Assembly (NCBI GenBank): GCA_963603365.1
Contig: CAVCMI010000037.1
Location: 3,552-67,551 of the forward strand
Reading direction: 5' to 3'
DNA length: 64,000 nucleotides
Source: Oscillospiraceae bacterium
GTDB taxonomy: Bacteria > Bacteroidota > Bacteroidia > Bacteroidales > WCHB1-69
Shown: one piece after another, positions 53,544 to 63,213 of the stretch
How the letters are laid out: every line of letters begins with the position of its first letter
Position numbering within the stretch: position 1 is the stretch's first letter
Translations under genes and position numbers: made by a program
Notes under the pieces: generated by a model
Seen by the model: the letters and a program-made list of their open reading frames with translations, nothing else
Database searches by the model: none
What the model was told of the DNA's origin: nothing

Positions 53544-54185
53544 ATGACAGAAAAGAAAAAATACTATGTGGTTTGGGACGGTTTAAAGACCGGTGTTTTC
53601 GACAATTGGCCGGAGTGCCGGAAGCAGGTTTTCAAATACAATCACGCTAAATACAAGTCGTTCGACAAGATCGAGGATGCGAAGTCCGCATTCAGCGAGG
53701 GGTATGAGGTCTATTACCGGAATCACCCCTCTCCTGCGAGCGGCATTCCTGTGCGAATGCTGCACGAGGGCGACGCCAAGCCGGTATTGGACAGCCTATG
53801 CGTGGATGCGGCATGCAACATGGTGACCAAGGTGATGGAATACCGGGGGGTATATGCGGCAACCCGTGAAGTGTGGTTCCACAAAGGCCCTTTCGTCAAT
53901 GCCTCCAACAATATCGGCGAGTTTTTGGCGCTGGTGCACGGCCTCGCCTTGTTGAAACAGAAGAATCTCAGCATCCCGGTCTATACCGACAGCATTACGG
54001 CCATTTCGTGGGTCCGGCACAAGAAGCACAAGTCAATCGTGTTGCCTACCGCAGAGAACGCCTTGCTTTTCGACTTGCTGGAGCGCGCCGAGAACTGGCT
54101 GAAGAACAATACGTTCACTAATCCTATTTATAAGTGGAACACCCCCCTTTGGGGCGAAATCCCCGCCGACTTCGGGCGGAAGTAG
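53544..54185 (+). CDS. rnhA: Ribonuclease HI with an N-terminal hybrid-binding (caulimovirus viroplasmin-type) domain
   Basis: The N-domain is KYYVVWDGLKTGVFDNWPECRKQV...KSF. The RNase H catalytic residues lie in VDAACN, NNIGEFLAL and VYTDS. A TATTTTTG box lies at 53481-53488. Confidence 0.9.
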   Translation: MTEKKKYYVVWDGLKTGVFDNWPECRKQVFKYNHAKYKSFDKIEDAKSAFSEGYEVYYRNHPSPASGIPVRMLHEGDAKPVLDSLCVDAACNMVTKVMEYRGVYAATREVWFHKGPFVNASNNIGEFLALVHGLALLKQKNLSIPVYTDSITAISWVRHKKHKSIVLPTAENALLFDLLERAENWLKNNTFTNPIYKWNTPLWGEIPADFGRK

Positions 54186-55947
54186 GCCTGTCGTTGTTCC
54201 GGGCTTTTTTTTCAGGGAAAAAACAACTGTGTTGCCTGCGCCGTTCCTCAAGGCTGTGTGCCGTATGCACCGGCTTGCCGGTATAGGGGTCGTAGCCAAG
54301 ATAATAGACCGCTGTCGAGAATGTCATAGGGGTTGGGGTGAAGGCTTGCACATGGTCGGTGACCAGTCGGTATTTGCGGGCGGTCTTGCTCAAGGCAGCC
54401 ATCTTCTGCACGGTGCAGCCGGGGTGCGAGGAGATGAAGTAAGGTATTAACTGCTGCCTTTTGCCGCATTTCCGGTTCTCTTCGTTGAATCTGTCCAGGA
54501 AATCGACAAAGGCTTCAAATGCGGGCTTGCGCATTAAGGTCAGAACCTCATCGTCGGTGTGCTCGGGCGCGACTTTCAGCCTCCCCGAAACGTGTCTGCC
54601 CACCACTTGGTGCAGGTATTCGCCGGTCCCGTTCTGCCGTTCGTTGTCGCTGCCGTGCCCGAGCAGCATTTCGTAGCGTATGCCGCTGCCGATGGTGACA
54701 TGCCGCACCCCGTCCAACTGTTCAACCTTTTGGTACAGCCGGGTGAGCGGATGGTGGTCCGTCTGCAGATTCGGGCAGATGCGCGGCGTCAGGCAGGACG
54801 GACGAGGGCATCTGTTGCACTTTCCGGTGTCTTTGCCTCCCATCCGGAACATGTTGGCAGAGGGCCCGCCAAGGTCGCTGATGTGCCCCTTAAAGTAGTC
54901 TCTTCGGATGAGGTCCGCGACTTCGGCGAGGATTGACTCTTCGGAGCGTGACGATATCTGCTTGCCCTGATGTGCGGCGATGGCACAGAACCCGCATCCG
55001 CCGAAACATCCACGGTGTATGGTGACGGAGTTCTTGATCATCTCGAAAGCAGGGATGTCCCCGCGCTTGAGGTATTTGGGATGCGGCGCATTCATCATGC
55101 GGTCAAACAGGGCGAAACGGTCCATCTCCTCTTCGGTGGCGGGAGGGTAGGGCGGGTTCACGATGATGTAGCGGCCGTTGCAAGGCTGTATGATCATTCG
55201 TTGCTCCCGTTTGTTGGATTCTGTTTCAAAACGCACGAAATCCTCGCCGTACTTATGTTTGTCCAGCAGTTCTTCCTCGTAGGCGTGAAGCAGGACGGGA
55301 TTGTCCCCGGCGTAAGGCTCAAGGTTTGTGTCAAGGAAGGCGATCTGCGGGCAGCGGTGCAGGTTCTGCCGCCAGTCAGGGTGGCGCAGCATCCGGGCAA
55401 GTTCAACTATTGGGCGCTCGCCCATGCCGTAAACCAGGATGTCGGCCCGGCTGTCTGACAATACCGACGGCTTGAGGCTGTCGCTCCAATAGTCGTAATG
55501 GGAGAGCCGCCTCATGGAAGCCTCAATCCCGCCGATCACGACGGGCACGTCGGGGAACAGTTCCTTCAGGATGCGCGAATAGACGGTGACGGCATAGTCG
55601 GGGCGGAACCCCGCCGCGCCGCCTGCCGTGTAGGCGTCGTCGCTGCGCAGACGCTTGTCGGCTGTGTAGTGGTTGACCATCGAATCCATATTGCCGGAGG
55701 TGACGCCGAAGAAAAGTCTTGGCTTGCCCAGCTTCTTGAAGTCGCGGAGGTCGTCTTGCCAGTTGGGTTGCGGCAGGATGGCCACACGCAGCCCCTCCCG
55801 TTCCAGGGTGCGCCCGATGACGGCGGCGGCGAATGAGGGGTGGTCAACGTAAGCGTCGCCGCTGACTATGACAACGTCAACATAGTCCCAGCCGAGATAG
55901 TCGAGCTCTTTTTTGGTGATAGGGAGGAAATGTTTGCGTTCCGGCAT
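54124..55947 (-). CDS. ygiQ: YgiQ-family radical SAM protein
   Basis: The N-terminus is FLPITKKELDYLGWDYVDVVIVSGDAYVDHPSF. The Cys cluster is RGCFGGCGFCAI. The start is set at the ATG at 55947 because the rocD terminator covers the longer ORF start. The basic C-terminal tail overlaps rnhA by 62 nt. Confidence 0.9.
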   Translation of the reverse strand: MPERKHFLPITKKELDYLGWDYVDVVIVSGDAYVDHPSFAAAVIGRTLEREGLRVAILPQPNWQDDLRDFKKLGKPRLFFGVTSGNMDSMVNHYTADKRLRSDDAYTAGGAAGFRPDYAVTVYSRILKELFPDVPVVIGGIEASMRRLSHYDYWSDSLKPSVLSDSRADILVYGMGERPIVELARMLRHPDWRQNLHRCPQIAFLDTNLEPYAGDNPVLLHAYEEELLDKHKYGEDFVRFETESNKREQRMIIQPCNGRYIIVNPPYPPATEEEMDRFALFDRMMNAPHPKYLKRGDIPAFEMIKNSVTIHRGCFGGCGFCAIAAHQGKQISSRSEESILAEVADLIRRDYFKGHISDLGGPSANMFRMGGKDTGKCNRCPRPSCLTPRICPNLQTDHHPLTRLYQKVEQLDGVRHVTIGSGIRYEMLLGHGSDNERQNGTGEYLHQVVGRHVSGRLKVAPEHTDDEVLTLMRKPAFEAFVDFLDRFNEENRKCGKRQQLIPYFISSHPGCTVQKMAALSKTARKYRLVTDHVQAFTPTPMTFSTAVYYLGYDPYTGKPVHTAHSLEERRRQHSCFFPEKKARNNDRPTSARSRRGFRPKGGCSTYK

Positions 55948-55971
55948 GTTTGTTTGCGGGTGTTTGTGGAG

Positions 55972-56010
55972 AAAAAACAAGAGGGTAACGCCCCTTCCGG
56001 GGGTACCCTC
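55972..56010 (-). terminator. Rho-independent terminator of rocD
   Basis: Hairpin gagggta..cccc / gggg.taccctc (55981-56010), followed on the minus strand by CTTGTTTTTTC. Confidence 0.6.
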
Positions 56011-56034
56011 TGTGCAATGATACGGCTGCGGCTT

Positions 56035-57261
56035 TTATTCAAAGGAGAGTATGGCATCCTTGATCCGGCCGATGGCTTCGCGCAGCTCTTCTTCGGTGAT
56101 GACCAACGGCGGGGCGAAGCGGATGATGTGCTGGTGGGTAGGTTTGGCAAGCACGCCGAGCTCTTTCATCTTCACGCACACGTCCCATGCCTCCTTGCCG
56201 TTTGTGGGTTGGATGATGACGGCGTTGAGCAGACCTTTGCCGCGCACCTGCTTGATGAGCGGGCTGTTGATTTTGCCCATCTCTTCGCGGAAGATCTTGC
56301 CGAGGTATTCGGCGCGCTCGGCGAGTTTCTCTTCTTTCACGACTTCCAGGGCGGCGATGCCTACACGGCAGGCAACGGGGTTGCCTCCGAAAGTGGAGCC
56401 GTGTTCGCCGGGCTTGATGTTCAGCATGATGTCGTCGTCGGCCAGAACGGCAGATACCGGCATTGTGCCTCCGGAGAGCGCTTTCCCTAAAATCAGGATG
56501 TCCGGACGAACGCCCTCATGGTCGCAAGCGAGCATCTTTCCCGTGCGGGCGATGCCGGTCTGTACCTCGTCGGCCATGAAAAGCACGTTGTGTGCCTTGC
56601 AGAGGTCGTAGCACTTCTTGAGGTATCCCTCGTCGGGCACATAGACGCCGGCCTCTCCTTGTATGGGTTCAACCAGGAAACCGCACACCATCGGGTCTTC
56701 CAGCGCTTTGGCGAGTGCGTCCACATCGTTGTAAGGTATCTTGACGAATCCCGGCGTGAATGGGCCGAAACCGGCATAGGCGTCCGGATCCACAGAGAGG
56801 GAGATGATGGTGATGGTGCGTCCGTGGAAGTTGCCTTCGCATACGATGATCTTGGCTTGGTTCTCGGGAATGCCTTTCTTGTCGTATCCCCATCTGCGCG
56901 CAAGCTTCAGTGCGGTCTCGTCGGCTTCTGCGCCGGAGTTCATCGGCAGAACCTTGTCGTAGCCGAAAGTCTCGGTCATGTATTTCTCGTAAGGTCCAAG
57001 GCAGTCGTTGTAAAATGCGCGCGAAGTCAGGCATACCTTCTGGGCCTGGTCAATCATTGCCCCCACAATCTTCGGGTGGCAATGCCCTTGGTTGACTGCG
57101 GAGTAGGCGGAAAGGAAATCGAAATACTTCTTCCCTTCCACATCCCATACGAAAGGTCCTTGACCGCGTGCAATGACCACGTCGAGCGGGTGGTAATTGT
57201 GAGCGCCGTACTTTGCTTCCATTTCGATGGCTTGCTGGCTGGATGTAATTTTTTCTACCAT
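56035..57261 (-). CDS. rocD: Ornithine aminotransferase (ornithine--oxo-acid transaminase)
   Basis: 408 aa with [28 protein letters not shown] and [14 protein letters not shown] -7 box (reverse complement TATATTTG) lies at 57316-57323. Confidence 0.9.
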   Translation of the reverse strand: MVEKITSSQQAIEMEAKYGAHNYHPLDVVIARGQGPFVWDVEGKKYFDFLSAYSAVNQGHCHPKIVGAMIDQAQKVCLTSRAFYNDCLGPYEKYMTETFGYDKVLPMNSGAEADETALKLARRWGYDKKGIPENQAKIIVCEGNFHGRTITIISLSVDPDAYAGFGPFTPGFVKIPYNDVDALAKALEDPMVCGFLVEPIQGEAGVYVPDEGYLKKCYDLCKAHNVLFMADEVQTGIARTGKMLACDHEGVRPDILILGKALSGGTMPVSAVLADDDIMLNIKPGEHGSTFGGNPVACRVGIAALEVVKEEKLAERAEYLGKIFREEMGKINSPLIKQVRGKGLLNAVIIQPTNGKEAWDVCVKMKELGVLAKPTHQHIIRFAPPLVITEEELREAIGRIKDAILSFE

Positions 57262-57377
57262 AATTGCTGAATTTTATAAATGACTATTTCTTGTTTGCCT
57301 TATGTAAGCAGGGCGCAAATATAGAATTTTTTTCATAAATGCCGCGAACGTTTTTTTTCCGTATGTTTGTCGCCATT

Positions 57378-58556
57378 ATGGAAAACGACGAGAATTGCTT
57401 TTTTATAGCGAAAACATACGCCGGCCTGGAAACCTTGTTGGCCAGGGAACTGGCTTCGCTTGGCGCCCGGAATTGCCGTCCCTTGAGCCGCTCGGTGAGC
57501 TTTGAGGGGGACCTGGAACTGATGTACCGGGCCAATTACTGCAGCCGTCTTGCCTTGCGCATCCTCTGGCGGCAGAAAACGTTCACTTTCATGAACAACC
57601 GCCAGTTCTATGAACAGCTGTTCGAATTCCCCGCCGAAAGATTCCTCCGCGACGAGGGCACGATGGCGGTTAACACCACTAACGTCGATTCGATTTTCTC
57701 TACGCCGCTGTTCGCTTCCGTACTGGCGAAAGACGCGGTATGCGACCGTTTCAGGGACATGTGCGGCCGCCGCCCTTCTGTGGACAAGGACAACCCTGAT
57801 GTGCGTTTCTGCCTCCATATTTATAAAAATGAGGCGCAGCTTTTCCTGGACAGTTCCGGCGACTCGCTGCACAGGCGAGGCTACCGGGTGCGCAACCATC
57901 CCGCCCCCGTCAGCGAGGTGACCGCCGCCGCCATGATCGAACTCAGCGGCTGGAACGGCGAGTGTGATTTCATCGACCCTATGTGCGGAAGCGGCACCCT
58001 GCTGATAGAAGCCGCCATGAAAGCGCTGCAGATACCCGCCGGCTTCTACCGCCGCGAGTTCGGCTTCTTCCGTTGGAAGGATTTCGACTCCCGGCTGTGG
58101 ACCAAGGTCAGGCACGATGCCGACATCAAGGAGGATGTGCCCGTGAACTTCTACGGCTCCGACATCAATGCCGCCTTCCTGAACATGGCGCAGGCCAACA
58201 TTGACCGTGCGCGCCTCTCCGACTTTGTCTCGCTCAAGAAAATGGACTTCCGCCAGATGCGGCCGCCACGCTTGCCCGCAGTCGCCATGATGAACCCGCC
58301 CTACGGAGAACGCCTCGCATTGGATGACATTGCCGCTTTCTATGCCGACATGGGCGACACTTTCAAGGGCAACCTCCAAGGATGCCGCGCCTTTGTCATC
58401 AGTTCTGACATGGACGCGCTCAAGCATATAGGCCTCAAGCCATGTTTGAAAGCCACGGTGTTCAACGGCCCGCTGGAGTGCAGGTTCTTAGGATTTGAAC
58501 TGTTCTCCGGGTCTCACAAGGATTTTGTCAGACATAAAAAAGAAGACGGGCAATGA
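57378..58556 (+). CDS. THUMP-domain class I SAM-dependent RNA methyltransferase (RlmL/UPF0020-like)
   Basis: Motif I is DPMCGSGTLLIEAA and motif IV is MNPPYGERL. The N-terminus is THUMP-like. Alternative ATGs lie at 57339 and 57363. Confidence 0.85.
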   Translation: MENDENCFFIAKTYAGLETLLARELASLGARNCRPLSRSVSFEGDLELMYRANYCSRLALRILWRQKTFTFMNNRQFYEQLFEFPAERFLRDEGTMAVNTTNVDSIFSTPLFASVLAKDAVCDRFRDMCGRRPSVDKDNPDVRFCLHIYKNEAQLFLDSSGDSLHRRGYRVRNHPAPVSEVTAAAMIELSGWNGECDFIDPMCGSGTLLIEAAMKALQIPAGFYRREFGFFRWKDFDSRLWTKVRHDADIKEDVPVNFYGSDINAAFLNMAQANIDRARLSDFVSLKKMDFRQMRPPRLPAVAMMNPPYGERLALDDIAAFYADMGDTFKGNLQGCRAFVISSDMDALKHIGLKPCLKATVFNGPLECRFLGFELFSGSHKDFVRHKKEDGQ

Positions 58557-59650
58557 AGACACGGAAGACAATTGCCGCGCTGCTGGCCATGTCGCTATGC
58601 TCGCTTGCAGGCCATGCGCAGAACAAATACAGCAACGAGTTCCTCTCTATAGGCGTCGGCGCACGCGGCCTTGCCCTGTCCGGGGCCTATTGCGCCATGA
58701 CGGACGACGTGACATCTGCGTACTGGAATCCTGCCGGGCTTTCAAGGATGGACAAACGCTGCCAATTGTCGCTGATGCATGCGGAGTATTTCGCCGGCGC
58801 CGCCAAGTACGACTATGCCGCAATAGGCTATAAAATCGACAAGCGCTCTACCGTTGCGCTGACCTATGTCCGCTTCGGCGTGGACAATATCATGAACACG
58901 ACAGAACTGATAGACGCACAGGGAAATGTGGATTATGACAGGATTTCGCTCTTCTCGGCTTCAGACAATGCCGTGCTCCTCGACTATGCTTATGCATTTG
59001 AACAGGCGCCCGGGCTCTCATTGGGCGGCGGCGCCAAGATCGTTTGCCGCAAGATCGGACAGTTCGCCAACGCCTGGGGCTTCGGGCTGGATGCCGGGCT
59101 GCAGTACGTGCGAAAGGGCTGGCAAGCCGGCCTGATGCTGCGCGACATGACATCCACTTTCAATGTTTGGAACTATCACCTCACCGACCAGGTGGCAGAG
59201 GTCTTCAGACAGACAGGGAACACTATACCGGAGAACGCCACGGAACTTACGCTGCCGTCGGTTCAACTCGGCGGCGCCAAACACGTCGACTTCGGCAAAG
59301 GCTTCAACGCTGCTTTCGCCGTTGGGTTCAACTGCACGTTTGACGGGAAAAGGAATGTGCTCATCCGCAGCAAGACGGCCAGCATAGATCCACATTTGGG
59401 AATGGAGTTCGGGTACAAGAAGATAGTGGCGCTGCGCATGGGCATAGGCAACCTGCAGCAGGAAACCGACTTTGACGGCTCCCGGAAGACAACCCTCCAG
59501 ATCAACGCCGGCCTTGGCGTGTGCATCAAGAACATGGTTTCCATCGACTACGCCTTTACCGACCTCGGCAACCTTTCCATAGCACAATATTCACACATCT
59601 TTTCCCTGAAGGTCGGGATTGACCGTTTCCGAAAACAGACAAAAGAATAG
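58553..59650 (+). CDS. Outer-membrane beta-barrel protein, PorV/PorQ-family-like
   Basis: A signal peptide is present. NEFLSIGVGARGLALSGAYCAMTDDVTSAYWNPAGLS matches the PorV/PorQ/FadL-like N-terminal pattern. The body has alternating beta-strand sequence and a C-terminal aromatic residue. An ATGA overlap links it to the upstream gene. Confidence 0.7.
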   Translation: MKTRKTIAALLAMSLCSLAGHAQNKYSNEFLSIGVGARGLALSGAYCAMTDDVTSAYWNPAGLSRMDKRCQLSLMHAEYFAGAAKYDYAAIGYKIDKRSTVALTYVRFGVDNIMNTTELIDAQGNVDYDRISLFSASDNAVLLDYAYAFEQAPGLSLGGGAKIVCRKIGQFANAWGFGLDAGLQYVRKGWQAGLMLRDMTSTFNVWNYHLTDQVAEVFRQTGNTIPENATELTLPSVQLGGAKHVDFGKGFNAAFAVGFNCTFDGKRNVLIRSKTASIDPHLGMEFGYKKIVALRMGIGNLQQETDFDGSRKTTLQINAGLGVCIKNMVSIDYAFTDLGNLSIAQYSHIFSLKVGIDRFRKQTKE

Positions 59651-59684
59651 ATTCTCACGTGTCAATTATCAAACAGAGAATACA

Positions 59685-60527
59685 ATGAAAGAATTGAAAC
59701 ATTATCCTTTGAGCGAACAGGAGTTGAAACAACGCATAGAATCGTATTTGCAAAAAGGGAATCCTTACATGGATGCGCAGGAGACGTACCGGTTCATCCT
59801 GAACAGTATAGACCTCACCTCGCTGGAGGGGTCTGACACGCCGGGCCGGATACGGGAACTGTGCCGCACGGCTGTCTCTTTCAGGAACGACGAGCATGGC
59901 GTGAAACCCGTGGCGGCGGTATGCGTATATCCGCCCTTTGTCGCTCTGGCCAAGGAAATTCTTGCCGGCACCGGCATCAAGGTGGCGTCCGTGGCCGGGG
60001 CTTTCCCTGCCGGACAGAGTCCCCTGCCGGTGAAACTCGCCGAGGTCGCTTATGCGCTTGAACAAGGGGCAGACGAGATTGACACGGTCATCTCACGCGG
60101 CAAGTTCCTCGACGGCCGCCACGAGGAGGTCCAAGACGAAATCCAAGCCATCCGCGACCTCTGCAAAGCGGCGACACTCAAGGTGATACTCGAGACCGGC
60201 GAACTCAAGACGCCAGACAACATCTACCGGGCATCGCAGCTTGCCATAGCCGCCGGCGCCGACTTCATCAAGACCTCCACGGGGAAGGCGGCCGTGAACG
60301 CGACACCCGAAGCCTTTGTCGTGATGATGGACGCCATAAAGGACCATTTTCTCGAAACAGGACAAAGAGTGGCCGTCAAAGCCGCCGGCGGAATATCCGG
60401 TCCCGACACGGCTTGCCAATATGTGGCGCTGCTGGCCAACGGGCTGGGCAAGGAGTGGCTCTGCAATGAACAATTCAGGTTCGGGGCCAGCCGTCTTGCA
60501 ACCCGTATTCCCGAATTTATCAAATAA
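59685..60527 (+). CDS. deoC: Deoxyribose-phosphate aldolase (long form)
   Basis: The Schiff-base lysine context is ADFIKTSTGK, and CVYPPFV is present. The start is set at MKELKHYP. Confidence 0.9.
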   Translation: MKELKHYPLSEQELKQRIESYLQKGNPYMDAQETYRFILNSIDLTSLEGSDTPGRIRELCRTAVSFRNDEHGVKPVAAVCVYPPFVALAKEILAGTGIKVASVAGAFPAGQSPLPVKLAEVAYALEQGADEIDTVISRGKFLDGRHEEVQDEIQAIRDLCKAATLKVILETGELKTPDNIYRASQLAIAAGADFIKTSTGKAAVNATPEAFVVMMDAIKDHFLETGQRVAVKAAGGISGPDTACQYVALLANGLGKEWLCNEQFRFGASRLATRIPEFIK

Positions 60528-60611
60528 AAAAATGCAAGTGGTGGAAAGTGAACAAAATAATTGTATTTTTGCCGGCTGAAAATAAACATTATATTTTAAA
60601 TTGTAAGAATT

Positions 60612-60896
60612 ATGACAAAAGCAGAAATCGTAAACGAAATCGCGAGCAAAAACGGGCTTGAGAAAGGTCTTGTGCAGAGTGTCGTTGAGTCTTTTATGGA
60701 AACGGTACGTTCTTCTATGATCAAGGGCGATAATGTGTATCTGAGAGGTTTCGGAAGTTTCATTATCAAGCATAGAGCACAGAAAACAGCAAGAAACATC
60801 TCCAAGAAGGAGACCATCACCATCCCCGCTCACAATATCCCCTCATTCAAGCCTTGCAAGACCTTTGTGAACAGGGTGAAGAATTCCACGAAATAA
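60612..60896 (+). CDS. hup: HU-family DNA-binding protein
   Basis: 94 aa, MTKAEIVNEIASKNGL...LRGFGSFIIKHRAQKTARNI...IPAHNIPSFKP. A TATTTTTG box lies at 60564-60571. Confidence 0.9.
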   Translation: MTKAEIVNEIASKNGLEKGLVQSVVESFMETVRSSMIKGDNVYLRGFGSFIIKHRAQKTARNISKKETITIPAHNIPSFKPCKTFVNRVKNSTK

Positions 60897-60934
60897 GAAT
60901 TAAACAATTATCAACACATTAAATACAATAAGAT

Positions 60935-61024
60935 ATGCCAAGTGGAAAAAAGCGCAAACGCGCCAAAATGAACACACACAAACGCAAAAAAAGACTGAGA
61001 AAGAACAGACACAAGAACAGATAA
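60935..61024 (+). CDS. 29-aa highly basic peptide, bS22-like (AURKAIP1/COX24-type small ribosomal protein candidate)
   Basis: My own translation is MPSGKKRKRAKMNTHKRKKRLRKNRHKNR followed by a stop. It is below the ORF-track size cutoff. It lies between HU and a terminator hairpin. The KRKR.KM..HKRKKRLRK pattern resembles mycobacterial bS22. Confidence 0.5.
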   Translation: MPSGKKRKRAKMNTHKRKKRLRKNRHKNR

Positions 61025-61046
61025 CCTGTTGTGCGTTTGGCCAGAT

Positions 61047-61087
61047 TGAAACTAAATGTCCGTTTTGACGGCGGATGTTTAGTTTCA
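61047..61087 (+). terminator. Hairpin terminator after the HU / small-peptide pair
   Basis: 16-bp stem tgaaactaaatgtccg/cggatgtttagtttca (two G-U pairs), followed by GTTGTTTTA. Confidence 0.5.
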
Positions 61088-61112
61088 GTTGTTTTATAAC
61101 GTAATAGTTTTT

Positions 61113-62693
61113 ATGAGTGAAACTGGAATAACAAAAGAACTTGTTATTACGTCCCATGACAATGAAGTCCAGGTGGCGCTGCTCGAAGACAAACGTCTTG
61201 TGGAAATCCACACGGAGAAGTTCTCGTCGCAGTTTTCCGTCGGAGACATCTATTTGGGGAAAGTCAAGAAAATAATGCCGGGGCTCAATGCGGCTTTCGT
61301 GGATGTAGGCAGCGAGAAAGACGCTTTCCTGCACTACCTTGACCTTGGCGTGCACGCCCGTACGGTCAATGCTTTCGTGAGCCAAGCCGTCACGACGGGG
61401 AAAAGGAGCATCAACCGCGTGCAGTATCTCGACGAGGTGCCCAAGAACGGCAAGATCAGCGATGTGATCACTTCCGGACAGCAGATCATGGTGCAAGTGG
61501 CAAAGGAGCCGATCTCAACAAAAGGTCCGCGCGTCACGACTGAAATCTCTTTTGCAGGCCGCTATTTGGTACTTGTCCCTTTTTGCGACAAGGTGTCGGT
61601 GTCTCAGAAAATCAGAAGCTCCGCAGAACGCAAACGGCTCCGCTCGCTGGTGCAGGGCATAAAGCCCCGCAACTTCGGTGTCATCATCCGCACCGTGGCG
61701 GAAAACAAGAAACTCGAAGACCTCTCTGCCGACCTCGACATGCTGCGCTACAAATGGGACACGGCAGTCGAGAACCTCTTCGCCTCCAAAGCCCCGATGC
61801 GCATTGTGCAAGAGTCAGACTGCATCATCTCCCTGATGCGTGACCTGCTGAACGATTCGTTCCATGCCATCTTTGTGGACTCGCGCGAAACGTTCAAGGA
61901 GGTGAAGAACTATATGCACCTCTACGCCCCGGAACAGGAGGATATTGTACGCCTGTATGACGAAAAACAGCCGATCTTCCAGAAATTCAACGTCTCGAAG
62001 CAGATCAAGGGCTCTTTCGGCAAGGTGGTCACGATAAAGAACGGCGTATATCTTATCATCGAGCATACCGAGGCCATGCACGTCATTGACGTCAACAGCG
62101 GCAACAGGGTCAAGTCGAACCAGACTCCCGAAGAGAACGCCTTGAACACGAACATGTTGGCGGCGGCAGAGATAGCCCGCCAGCTCAGGCTCCGCGACAT
62201 GGGCGGCATCATCACCATCGATTTCGTGGACCTCCACGACGCCCGTAACAAGGTAGCCCTCAACAAAGCCATGACAGAGTTCATGAAGAACGACCGGGCA
62301 CGGCACACGATACTTCCCCTTAACAAATTCTGCCTGATGCAGATAACCAGACAACGGGTGCGCCAGGCAACCGTAATCGAGACCACAGAGCAATGCCCTA
62401 CCTGCAAGGGCACAGGCAAGATAAAACCGCCTGTGTTGATAGAGGACCTGCTCGCCAATACGCTCGATTTCCTTTTTGAAAAACAGCAGGAGTCCAAGAT
62501 CACCATTATGCTGCACCCTTTTGTGTATGCCTATCTGCGGTACGGGTTCCCCTCTGTCCTGCTGAAATGGAAATTCAAATACAAGAAAAACATACGGCTG
62601 ATAGCCAACCAGAACTATCATCTGTTCGAGTACAAGTTCTTCAACTCCCAAATGGACGAAATAGTGCTTTGGAACGAGCCGACCAGCGAATAG
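61113..62693 (+). CDS. rng: Rne/Rng-family ribonuclease (RNase G/E)
   Basis: The S1 domain is GDIYLGKVKKIMPGLNAAFVDVG. The catalytic region is VIDVNSG and GGIITIDFVD. The start is set at MSETGITKE. Confidence 0.9.
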   Translation: MSETGITKELVITSHDNEVQVALLEDKRLVEIHTEKFSSQFSVGDIYLGKVKKIMPGLNAAFVDVGSEKDAFLHYLDLGVHARTVNAFVSQAVTTGKRSINRVQYLDEVPKNGKISDVITSGQQIMVQVAKEPISTKGPRVTTEISFAGRYLVLVPFCDKVSVSQKIRSSAERKRLRSLVQGIKPRNFGVIIRTVAENKKLEDLSADLDMLRYKWDTAVENLFASKAPMRIVQESDCIISLMRDLLNDSFHAIFVDSRETFKEVKNYMHLYAPEQEDIVRLYDEKQPIFQKFNVSKQIKGSFGKVVTIKNGVYLIIEHTEAMHVIDVNSGNRVKSNQTPEENALNTNMLAAAEIARQLRLRDMGGIITIDFVDLHDARNKVALNKAMTEFMKNDRARHTILPLNKFCLMQITRQRVRQATVIETTEQCPTCKGTGKIKPPVLIEDLLANTLDFLFEKQQESKITIMLHPFVYAYLRYGFPSVLLKWKFKYKKNIRLIANQNYHLFEYKFFNSQMDEIVLWNEPTSE

Positions 62694-62714
62694 GGAAACA
62701 TTATAAAGGCAAGC

Positions 62715-63176
62715 ATGTCAGACTTACGCGAAATATTGGGCAAGATGGAACGCTATTGCGCCGGCCAGGAGCGTTGCGAACAGGACGTGCGCAGGAAACT
62801 TGCCCCTTTCGCGCTGCCGTCTGTGCAGCTTGAAGACATCATAGGGCGGCTCAAAGCGTCTGACTTCCTCAACGAGACCCGCTATACGGAACTCTTCGTG
62901 CGCAGCAAACTGAAAGACCAATGGGGGAAACTTAAAATACGGCAGGCTTTGTCTTTGAAAAGGATTGCGCCCGAAACGATTGACGGCATCATCGACGGCA
63001 TAGACCCTGAACTATACCGCAAGATGTTGGATGACACAATCGCGAAATGGCTTCGGCTGCATCCGGAAGAACCTGTGAACGGGCGCGCGAAACTCATCCG
63101 CGCAATGCTCACCAAAGGATTTGCCATTGAAGAGGTGATGCCGGCAATAAGAGAACAGAACGGAACGGAAAGATGA
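62715..63176 (+). CDS. recX: RecX-family regulatory protein
   Basis: 153 aa with helical repeats. YCAGQERCEQDVRRKL and LNETRYTELFVRSKL are typical RecX patterns. Confidence 0.8.
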   Translation: MSDLREILGKMERYCAGQERCEQDVRRKLAPFALPSVQLEDIIGRLKASDFLNETRYTELFVRSKLKDQWGKLKIRQALSLKRIAPETIDGIIDGIDPELYRKMLDDTIAKWLRLHPEEPVNGRAKLIRAMLTKGFAIEEVMPAIREQNGTER

Positions 63177-63213
63177 TTGCAGAAATAACTGTACAAACTG
63201 CTAAAATATAAAT

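Noticed and set aside
60093-61496. Minus-strand ORFs 60093..60833 (246 aa) and 60900..61496 (198 aa).
   Set aside because: They lie antisense to deoC, HU, the basic peptide ORF and the RNase G S1 domain, and carry no recognisable motifs.
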